From IMG/VR virus record IMGVR_UViG_3300038425_000083, positions 12,069-76,068 of that record: a stretch of DNA of 64,000 nt; one strand, 5' to 3'. Each line of letters opens with the position of its first letter. The first letter of the stretch is position 1. The notes under the pieces are model-generated. The model did no database searches, was not told the DNA's origin, and saw nothing but the letters and a program-made list of their open reading frames with translations. The DNA comes from a virus. The position numbers and the translations under genes were made by a program. This document shows, piece after piece, positions 49,001 to 55,004 of the stretch.

Positions 49001-49707
49001 AACAGTTTGCCCACGAAGTGGGACATTTGGTAGCACGAAAAGTGTTTGGAAGCATAGAAGCTGAGAAGTGGGGCGATGTTATTAAAGGAGAGAATCCTGT
49101 TTCTCATAGAGGTAGAGAAAATGCTGCAGAAGATTTTGCAGAAACTTATTCTCTTTATCTTAATGATGAATTAAATAAGGATGATTATCCACAGAGATAT
49201 AAAGCAATAAAGAATATAGTAGATAGGGCAAGGAAGCCCAGAAAAGTTTCAAAATTAAAATGGGAAGTCAAAGATTTGAAAGATGAGTTTGAAGAGAAGA
49301 CTCCTTTGCTTCATACTACTTATGACAGATTAGCTGCAGGTGGGAAAGCTAAATATACTTCGAAGCCAAGTCCTGAAGCTGAAGCCGCTTTGAAAAAATT
49401 ATTTGGGAAGGGTATGGTGATAGATATGGTAAAATCCAGAAAGAAGATAGTTGAAATGAAAAAATCCAGACTCGAGAATAAGTTTGTGCCTCACAAGATA
49501 GATGGAAAAGTTTCATGGGTTAAAGTTAAACATGGAGGCATGCTTGTTAAGAGTGCTAAACTTATCCAAGTCGGACAAGAGATTTTAGCCAAGTCTGGTT
49601 TAGCTACAATAACTGCGGTCGGGAAAGATGGAGTTACGGCAAGAACATCTAAAGGAGATAAAATACTTCTCCTTATGAAAGATGTTCTACCTTATGTAAG
49701 AGGATAA
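43015..49707 (+). CDS. 2230-aa MuF-headed polyvalent polyprotein: MuF, GHKL ATPase plus zincin, ART-like domain, CCA-adding/HD enzyme, ParB-like domain, zincin, SH3-like domain
   Basis: MuF ISRTE..W..GDERTC..PPIHPRCRC; ECLQNSLDA/DNGIGM/GGFG; HEFTH; FHGTT..GL..GVYFA; GGCVRD/DIDLE/RRDLTINA/EDSLR/HPEGDV.EHT/HDMGK; NGRHR; HEVGH..EDFAE. Confidence 0.9.
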   Translation: MPRVRFEPLKITTLYEEKVAQSVKDRYKSHINRESLRLVSNITDDMRDRIAGLMHEGIDEGRSVSATASTLLKTGLDKGVFRSARRRAYLISRTELHRARQQGAFDLYRANHIDLVKWIAIGDERTCDTCAPRNNHVYRLSEIEGDLPPIHPRCRCRVVPSDFQLEISVRRDRRGKIMETRISPTPQNYKYYVSLDRKPRRRVKKSLEKAVSVRAFTRYVPGRGFQRYKQFQRDVAVIDKPVPRDFSYEIANSGEDVANKIEERREGKVRATYAVNAVRAWNMEAKNKYPNTNYLGDVGVRECLQNSLDAVTESLEKGEIKRGKIEIELTPHKEKYSVKDNGIGMSDTDIRDKFLALYGTGKDIKGRFGGFGIAKAVILAPSESSHWQLKTRDNFFDDKMASANDQIKAIPKIQGTQIDVWAGEDIVSEDAKKYVETTEVPKNIGIRFKWALDDWETLKNPFLKLKSEVSHTTAKGSEITMSFFPRPPSEYRNHMILRLVDKKTGAKLTQAINPIFGDFKGALVVDIETSATPGSGGYPLTDSRMGLKWGEVQDFVNTEISQRTREKKSAERVGQQEKWLDLPEVPGWKDTLERIKTDTGYAYLKDTIDKIWQKDFVSQHLKGIVSTDIGEQPFTSLENIKILRDVGFKGSDGGTVAQAKLMLAFESLAQMYSQTLQKAGMHCPLFGFHALLSKATSTGVRLAHFSRQEHTLGLDIKSFPKSAFASPVSLALEMVNTIQHEFTHNWRREHDEGFTSQLGQIQTVTAPLFNRALEVAGALLGKDTRITIDTPQGIEKIKRSHIWTIGEKPKQPEWRAELFQLYKEIGGKSGATAVYKIAEKYNIPEKRVRMVLAGYKAAQSRKEKKDVTKSITESSVGFRGPERTSHPRFVIQLDKRLPDESRDRSQWADSRIDAEAGTGRLGLEGRSGRRGLLVIEKARSHKYLRKIPRGSGRYEYIYQRPDVGFHGTTSKFLETILKEGLRSSKDTGVALYSGESQFGPKAKRYGVYFAKTPERAFGIAEVATKKFGGKPVIFIAKVDPKKAESDEDFAVVLGDLFRDISRDKPPLLTGNEIRQRLKDYKLSYGETYYIPQDTQYRLNTLSDGKLERLYDNWRKGGSKAIDEELTSKDSWKIFGSAAFPGDKPEDIRAAIFWDWAEHKYTRIGSPFEKKLDKALRRLNLREVTKLPGAHVVENPAFIKALEEFGFFATSTGLLKSVMGEDLKKARSYVRFRHGKYEHVKGWSGKPRLFDLSSEDKIHRYLLDASSPEIEKALQVVQEIHAVGGQTLFIGGCVRDALLGKKSKDIDLEVYNVKPEEVRAILDRAGKVDQVGKSFGVFKLSFPGMEAIDVAIPRRESKTGKGHKGFMVDHDPSMTFKEAAGRRDLTINALAYNPIEDKIIDEYGGLQDIKDKILRATNPETFGEDSLRVLRVMRFAAQLEFSPDFNLAWLCRQIDLTDLPKERIFGEVAGMLLKAKRPSIGLRLIHILGINKILPELDELKGTEQDEKWHPEGDVWEHTLLAVDEAAKMKKQLANNQDRLVYMLGVLCHDMGKPETTDVNEEGRTISHGHDEMGAKVAQDFLGRLTDETDILERVEGLVRHHMRPTFFFHDKVPDSAIRRLAKKVDIPMLLMVSAADKSGRGDKDIDLSAERWMMRKFKNLKLAHPETLEPKVMGRHLIPLGIKPGPEMGRILDKIYNAQLEGKFETTDAGLEYANQQGWLKTEEDTVIKAVPVKKLITSRGKTFLHTYYENRSGLGPGFFAGAEPLVVNKMSFKQSEDQKRWGEEVVLVDVSKFDAEWSKDEGFYISSSGKNEISNRREKFQEFLKTGKPIIMPSVSVRDIGSRGLIGFTNGRHRFAVLRDMGFTEIPVSVDAKSAKMAKELFKAPSLKEKLEAQNYWWKTVAGGIESKYEGVKIVYAGKKTSEGFTHTYADEQFQDAIDMIPEEHRKLIDSVILEPGSVLGEDGKAEFGRVFEGTSSIHIYRGVQLHEYGTSFEEQFAHEVGHLVARKVFGSIEAEKWGDVIKGENPVSHRGRENAAEDFAETYSLYLNDELNKDDYPQRYKAIKNIVDRARKPRKVSKLKWEVKDLKDEFEEKTPLLHTTYDRLAAGGKAKYTSKPSPEAEAALKKLFGKGMVIDMVKSRKKIVEMKKSRLENKFVPHKIDGKVSWVKVKHGGMLVKSAKLIQVGQEILAKSGLATITAVGKDGVTARTSKGDKILLLMKDVLPYVRG

Positions 49708-49708
49708 A

Positions 49709-49921
49709 ATGGTAGACTGCCCAAAGTGCGGGAATACGATTGTAAAATCATATCCCGGCAATAAAGTAAAATTAAGGACTAACATAATTATATGGGAGTC
49801 TGGTGGAAAGGCCTTTTGCAAATGCAACAAGTGTCACGAGGAAGTTTGCATCCCTGTGTCTATTGAATTACCTACTGGAAAAAAATTAGGCCACGTAATT
49901 ATTCAAGGAAAGAAAAAATAA
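49709..49921 (+). CDS. Zn-ribbon protein
   Basis: CPKCG..CNKC; GAGGA RBS. Confidence 0.65.
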   Translation: MVDCPKCGNTIVKSYPGNKVKLRTNIIIWESGGKAFCKCNKCHEEVCIPVSIELPTGKKLGHVIIQGKKK

Positions 49922-49981
49922 TGATCATCATTGTGTTATATTTATTAGAGATTTCATCTTGCCCTTTAAGTAGGGCTTTTT

Positions 49982-50314
49982 GTGCTTATGAAAACAGAAA
50001 TATTGAGAGGACGTAGATACAATATCTATCCCGATCGGCCTAAGAAGTGCCCGTTTTGTGGATATAGGATAGTATGGTCGAACGCAGATAGATGGAAATG
50101 TGGAAAATGCTATAAGAGCTGGGGCAAGAAAACTTTTCCAAGACGCAAAGATTTAGGAGATCGTCCAAAGTGCTTATGCGGGGCTTCAAATCCTATATCG
50201 GAAGGAGTAAACTGGTTATGTACTGAATGCGGACGGCATTGGCTGAAGATTTATAGAATAGAAAAACAACTTACCCAAAGGGAGGTTTTAAGCGCTCAAG
50301 TTTTTGAAATATGA
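49982..50314 (+). CDS. double Zn-ribbon protein
   Basis: CPFCG..CGKC and CLCG..CTECG. Confidence 0.6.
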   Translation: MLMKTEILRGRRYNIYPDRPKKCPFCGYRIVWSNADRWKCGKCYKSWGKKTFPRRKDLGDRPKCLCGASNPISEGVNWLCTECGRHWLKIYRIEKQLTQREVLSAQVFEI

Positions 50315-50646
50315 TTATCTACAAAGCTAAGAAGAAGTTATCCAAAGCTTTAAAAGGAAAGCCTAAATCTGAGGAGATGAAGAGAAAGATATCTGACTTT
50401 TTTAAGGGTAAATCTCTTTCGGAAGAGTTAAAGAAAAAGATGAGTGAAGCTCATATGGGCAAGCCTTGGAGTGAATTCAGAAAAGTTAGTTACTATCGTC
50501 ATTCAGAAGCGACAAAGAAAAAGTTATCCGATGCCATTAAAGGAAAATGTTGTTCTGAAGGAGCAAAGAGAAAAGTGTCCGAATTTTGGGCAAAAAGGAG
50601 AAGAACCCAATGCGAAAATCGAAATCTGACAGTGGTTTGGAAATGA
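50311..50646 (+). CDS. NUMOD3-repeat DNA-binding protein (homing-endonuclease remnant)
   Basis: repeated GK..SEE.K.K(I/M/L)S; no nuclease domain visible. Confidence 0.75.
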   Translation: MIIYKAKKKLSKALKGKPKSEEMKRKISDFFKGKSLSEELKKKMSEAHMGKPWSEFRKVSYYRHSEATKKKLSDAIKGKCCSEGAKRKVSEFWAKRRRTQCENRNLTVVWK

Positions 50647-51494
50647 TTAAAAGCTTTAAAATCAAGGAGTTACGAAAGTTTTTTGTAAGACGTATTGCAG
50701 CAGTTGGGGATTTACATTTGATGTCGAGGTATTCATTATTTCCTCCGGAGTTTGAGACAGAACAAGGAAATATATTTAAAGCAAGTCCGGGGCAACAACA
50801 AATATGGGAATCTTATCAAAACTTTCTTCATGTTTGTGATGAATGGGAGGTCGATACAGTTCTTGTTGCATCTGATTTGGTTCATGGACAGAATGCAAAA
50901 GAAAGAGGAATGGGTCTGATAAGCACAAACATGAATGAACAAATTCAGTTAGCAGAGCTAACTTTGAGGCCTCTCCTTAAAGGAAGGGAGTCTCACTGGG
51001 TTAGTGGATCGGGATACCATAACTCTGTTCAGGGAATGTATGTTGAAGAAGAACTTTGCACGAAGTTGGGAAAGGAGAAGGACATAACTACAAATTGGTA
51101 TGGCACCGTAGCAAACTTAAAGGTTAAGCCTTTCGATAAGATAATCAATTTAACTCACGGTGGTGGAAGAGCGATGTATTATCGAGAGACATTGGCTGCC
51201 AGAGAAATCATTTATGGTAAGGTAGCAGAAGTTAATCAAAAACTTCCAAGAATTGATATGTATGTTCATGGTCACTTCCATTGGTATTGCTACATGCATC
51301 AAGGGAATGTCCATCATTTACAATTACCAGGATTTACTGCTTATGAACCGGTTCCGATATTCACCCCTTCTTACACAAGGGCCCAGCCAGACATTGGGGG
51401 AGCTCTAATTATGTTTGATCAGAGCGGAAGAATCACGGTTTGGCACTTCTTGTATCCTCTTCCTCATATTAGCGATGAGGTGACAGGGATTTAA
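50643..51494 (+). CDS. calcineurin-like metallophosphoesterase
   Basis: GDLH, SDLVHG, SGYH, THG, GHFH. Confidence 0.75.
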   Translation: MIKSFKIKELRKFFVRRIAAVGDLHLMSRYSLFPPEFETEQGNIFKASPGQQQIWESYQNFLHVCDEWEVDTVLVASDLVHGQNAKERGMGLISTNMNEQIQLAELTLRPLLKGRESHWVSGSGYHNSVQGMYVEEELCTKLGKEKDITTNWYGTVANLKVKPFDKIINLTHGGGRAMYYRETLAAREIIYGKVAEVNQKLPRIDMYVHGHFHWYCYMHQGNVHHLQLPGFTAYEPVPIFTPSYTRAQPDIGGALIMFDQSGRITVWHFLYPLPHISDEVTGI

Positions 51495-51731
51495 AAATGA
51501 AGATTACAGAAAAGCAAGCCGTAGTGATGTTTGATATTTTGAGGCACGCAATTCAGTTCGCAGGTGGATTTGCTGGATATCCCACAAAAACACTTATAGA
51601 TGTCTACGATCAAATAATCAATCAACAGAGTAATGATCTTGTGGAGTTAGACAAGACATAGAGAGACACAAGGACATCCTTATATAATTAATAATGTAGA
51701 CTAAGAATACCTTAGAGAGACATAGAACCAG

Positions 51732-51763
51732 AAGCCAGGGGTTGTCTTGATCCTTGGCTTTTT
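51732..51763 (+). terminator. putative intrinsic terminator
   Basis: AAGCCAGGGG...TCCTTGGCTT stem (with G-U pairs) followed by a T-tract. Confidence 0.55.
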
Positions 51764-51816
51764 CTTCAAGGGACACATAAGCACATCATTATATAAATTA
51801 AAGTATAGGCAAATGT

Positions 51817-52122
51817 ATGTCAGTTGCTTTAGAGATAATCCGAAGGACAATTCAATCTGATCTGGATAGATTTAAAAAGGCAATCCAAGAAAAAGAATTA
51901 GAACATAAGAAACATCATGTCCATGATACGATAGATGATGTCATGAAAAGAAACTTGGAAATGCAGGGCTATCCAGTAGACGATGTCATATCTCAAGATG
52001 AGGCTAAGTTCCAGTTAGATTATGATGCTCTTGAGAAGACGGAAGTGCCAAAGACTGAGTCTGGTGAACAACCCAAATCGGGAGCTGAAGTCTATGAAAA
52101 GTTCTTAGACTCAATGAAATAA
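51817..52122 (+). CDS. hypothetical head-module protein
   Basis: directly upstream of the protease; contains ALEK|T. Confidence 0.6.
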   Translation: MSVALEIIRRTIQSDLDRFKKAIQEKELEHKKHHVHDTIDDVMKRNLEMQGYPVDDVISQDEAKFQLDYDALEKTEVPKTESGEQPKSGAEVYEKFLDSMK

Positions 52123-52132
52123 AGGGAATTTT

Positions 52133-53680
52133 ATGGAAAAAGGCGGATGCGGAGCGATAGAGAGGGACTTTAGTTTTTGGATGCCTCTTGAAGTAGTTAA
52201 GGGGCAGAAGGGCGAAATGAGAATTGGAGGGATAGCTTCCGATGAAGAGTCCCATGATCTCCAAGGTGAAAAAGTTTTTGTCGATGGTTTAGATACTTCA
52301 TATTTGCTTCAAAGAGGTGCTTTTAATTGGGATCATCTAAAAGGCCCAGAAGATATACTTGGCGAGATTGATACTGTTCAAAAGCAAGAAAAGAAGCTTT
52401 ATGTTGAAGGTTTTTTATATCCCAAAGTTAAGAAGGCCATTGATGTATTCGATTTGATGCAATCTCTTAAAGAGTCTGGTAGTAATAGGAAGTTAGGGCT
52501 CTCCTTGGAAGGTAAAGTTAAAGAAAGAGATGAAAAAGATGCTAAGGTCATAAAAAAGGCCTGGATTAAGAACGTTGCCATAACATACAACCCAATTAAT
52601 CAAGGTGCCTGGGTTGATATGATTAAATCGTTGGGAAACTTTACTTTTGATAGTTGTGATAAAGACTGTTCCCGTTGTCCATTATGTGAAGCCAAAAAAG
52701 AAGTTAAATTGGAGCCGGTTAAGAAGGCAACAGCAACGCCTCCTTCTTTTATAGTTCAGGACGGTATCAAATACTATCCAAAAGATTTTGGTGAGTTAAA
52801 GAAAGCTGGCGAAGGTGGAACAAGTGGTTCCGGAGGAGCTGCTCCTGCACCGCCACAAAGTGGTGGTCTTGCTGCTGGACATGATAACCCGGCATCGTCC
52901 GGAGGGATTAGTGGTTCGGCTCTTAGGAGACAATCCTTAGATAAGAAAAAGAAAAAGACGACTTACGATGAAGAGCATGTAGGTCAGAAGGTTGAACCCG
53001 AGAAGTCCGAGACAGACAAGAAGAAAAAGAAAAAGATGACTAAGTCTGAAGTCTTTGAGTTTATTAAGTCTGAGGGAAATTCGGAGGATAGAGCTAATCT
53101 TCTTACTGATTTAGTATTTGCAATGATTGAAGTTGCACCGATCTTAGCAAAATCCAGCGAAGGAGCCAAGAAAGCTTGGATAACCAGACGTAAAGGTTTG
53201 ATTTCTCTTGCTCAGCAAAAGAAAAAGAAGAAAGACCCAAGAGATACCCCTGAATTTTGGGAAGAACGATACGGAAAGAAGAAAAAGGGTGCTGATGTTA
53301 GAACAACTGGAAAGGGAGTAACTCCAAGTCCTATTTTAAGTGTTAAAGAAAAGGAAGATTGGAAGAGGCATTCAAAGATGCCTAAGAAAGTACAGAAGGA
53401 AGCACCTAAAGAACTTGCTCCGACAGGGACAGCCAAACTTGTTGCTCATGAAATTCATAGAATAACTTCCATGTCTGATAAGGCCTTACTTAATCGAGCT
53501 ACCAAGATTACCGATCCTAATAAAATGAAGAACTTTTATCTTGCTGCAAAGTTGAAAGGAAAAGGCGATTTAGCCGGAGCAATAATTACTGCCGGTGGGA
53601 GAATTGGTATTAACCCGCATGAATTTGGTACTAATGCCAAAGAAACTACTAAAGAATTCCGAAGACAACTGTCGGCGTAG
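52133..53680 (+). CDS. prohead (capsid maturation) protease with long C-terminal extension
   Basis: DLQGE..GLD..GAFNWDH..LYVEGFLY..LGLSLEG..NVAITYNPIN; position before scaffold and MCP. Confidence 0.88.
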   Translation: MEKGGCGAIERDFSFWMPLEVVKGQKGEMRIGGIASDEESHDLQGEKVFVDGLDTSYLLQRGAFNWDHLKGPEDILGEIDTVQKQEKKLYVEGFLYPKVKKAIDVFDLMQSLKESGSNRKLGLSLEGKVKERDEKDAKVIKKAWIKNVAITYNPINQGAWVDMIKSLGNFTFDSCDKDCSRCPLCEAKKEVKLEPVKKATATPPSFIVQDGIKYYPKDFGELKKAGEGGTSGSGGAAPAPPQSGGLAAGHDNPASSGGISGSALRRQSLDKKKKKTTYDEEHVGQKVEPEKSETDKKKKKKMTKSEVFEFIKSEGNSEDRANLLTDLVFAMIEVAPILAKSSEGAKKAWITRRKGLISLAQQKKKKKDPRDTPEFWEERYGKKKKGADVRTTGKGVTPSPILSVKEKEDWKRHSKMPKKVQKEAPKELAPTGTAKLVAHEIHRITSMSDKALLNRATKITDPNKMKNFYLAAKLKGKGDLAGAIITAGGRIGINPHEFGTNAKETTKEFRRQLSA

Positions 53681-53689
53681 GAGATAACA

Positions 53690-53893
53690 ATGAAGCGAGA
53701 CGAAGCAATAGCTTATTTAAGAGGCCAGAATTATTCAAGAAGATTAAGTGCTAAGTTAGCTGATATTGCTTTGCTTCGTAAGACAAATAGTATTTTTGCT
53801 GATGCTATTAAGTCGGCACTTGAGAAGGCTAAGCCTAAGAAAAAAGGAAAAAAGATTAAAGGCCAGGATAAACAAGGTAATTTAGGATGTTAA
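53690..53893 (+). CDS. small basic head-module protein
   Basis: MKRDEAIAYLRGQNYSRRLS resembles MTKSEVFEFIKSEGNSEDRA in the protease; LEK|A then Lys-rich tail. Confidence 0.6.
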   Translation: MKRDEAIAYLRGQNYSRRLSAKLADIALLRKTNSIFADAIKSALEKAKPKKKGKKIKGQDKQGNLGC

Positions 53894-54159
53894 CCGAACA
53901 AGATAAGGTAAACATTGAATTTGTAAATAAGTATTTCGAGAAAGCTGGGGTTCCTAAAGGACTCAGAAAGTGGGTAGGGGAACATGGGTTTAATGAGTGC
54001 GTTGCTAAGCTCTCCGGCAAAAGAGGTATTGATAGTGCAAAGGCTGTTTGTGGTAGTTTGAAAGGCAAAGCAAGAGAAGCCGGAGAACTAAAACCCAAAC
54101 ATATGGGGCGGATCGAGAAGCAGAAATATTTAAAACGAAAAAAGACTAAAAAGAGTTAG
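53887..54159 (+). CDS. small basic head-module protein
   Basis: YFEK|A then FNECVAKL..AKAVCGSL. Confidence 0.6.
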   Translation: MLTEQDKVNIEFVNKYFEKAGVPKGLRKWVGEHGFNECVAKLSGKRGIDSAKAVCGSLKGKAREAGELKPKHMGRIEKQKYLKRKKTKKS

Positions 54160-54211
54160 ACGTATATATAGACGTGAGGATACAGTCCAAAAAAGGCGGT
54201 GTTATAAAAGA

Positions 54212-54907
54212 ATGGCAAAAGAAGAAGAAAAGAAAGAAGAAAAAAAGGAAGATTTGAAAAAGGTCGATGAGAAGATTGAAAAGAAAGAGCCCGAGATCAC
54301 TGAGGACGAACTTAAGAAATCTCTCAAAGACTTAACTGACATTATCAAGGCTGGACGTGCTCCCGTAGTTACCGAAGAAGAGGAAGAGGACGAAGACGAG
54401 GAAGAACTTGAAGAATCCTTTACCGGAAACTTTGAAGAAAACGAGACCATTGCGAAAGCTATTGAAGTGTCTGACTTCCTTGCCGATCTCGTAGAACAGA
54501 CAGAGACATCTCTGGAAGCTGTTGGAAAATTGGTTAAATCACTTCAAAAATCTGAGGAAGTTTTCGATCAGAAGTTCGTTGATGCCCTTGGAAATATTTC
54601 CAAGAAATTTGACGACATGGATGCTCGTCTAAAGAAAATTGAAGATACACCAGTTGCCGCAGGACCAAAGACAATTCAGAAGTCGGTTCAGAAGATCGAA
54701 AAATCATTTACGGCTTCCGGGAAAGAGGTTGAAGGAACAGATGAGTTAGCCGCTTTACCGAAGAGACAGGTCATGGCCCTTTTGGAGAAAGCAGTTGCAG
54801 ATAACAAGATCAAAGATTCAACGTTATTTGCTTACGAAGGATCGCCTGGCGTGTTTAAATTTAATAGTGAGGACGAAGAAATCCTCAAGTCCTATATCAA
54901 GAAGTAA
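54212..54907 (+). CDS. capsid scaffolding protein
   Basis: acidic/coiled-coil protein between protease and MCP; nine (L/I)xK|(S/A) sites. Confidence 0.78.
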   Translation: MAKEEEKKEEKKEDLKKVDEKIEKKEPEITEDELKKSLKDLTDIIKAGRAPVVTEEEEEDEDEEELEESFTGNFEENETIAKAIEVSDFLADLVEQTETSLEAVGKLVKSLQKSEEVFDQKFVDALGNISKKFDDMDARLKKIEDTPVAAGPKTIQKSVQKIEKSFTASGKEVEGTDELAALPKRQVMALLEKAVADNKIKDSTLFAYEGSPGVFKFNSEDEEILKSYIKK

Positions 54908-54920
54908 AATAGGATTCTCT

Positions 54921-54948
54921 CACAGGGTTTTAACAACCTGTGTTTTTT
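54921..54948 (+). terminator. terminator-like hairpin between scaffold and MCP
   Basis: CACAGG...CCTGTG followed by TTTTTT. Confidence 0.45.
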
Positions 54949-55004
54949 AGATTCAAAATTTTTGAAATACGGATACTTCCAAAAAAGGCAGGTGTAATAA
55001 AATA

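Noticed and set aside
11172-49707. Inteins as the explanation for the long multi-domain ORFs
   Set aside because: No C/S...HN-C/S/T splice junctions or LAGLIDADG blocks were recognised at domain boundaries.
488-53190. The AAGAAAGCATGG-like recurring DNA as a CRISPR array, REP or mobile repeat
   Set aside because: Copies are dispersed, always in frame and vary at synonymous positions; there is no repeat-spacer periodicity.
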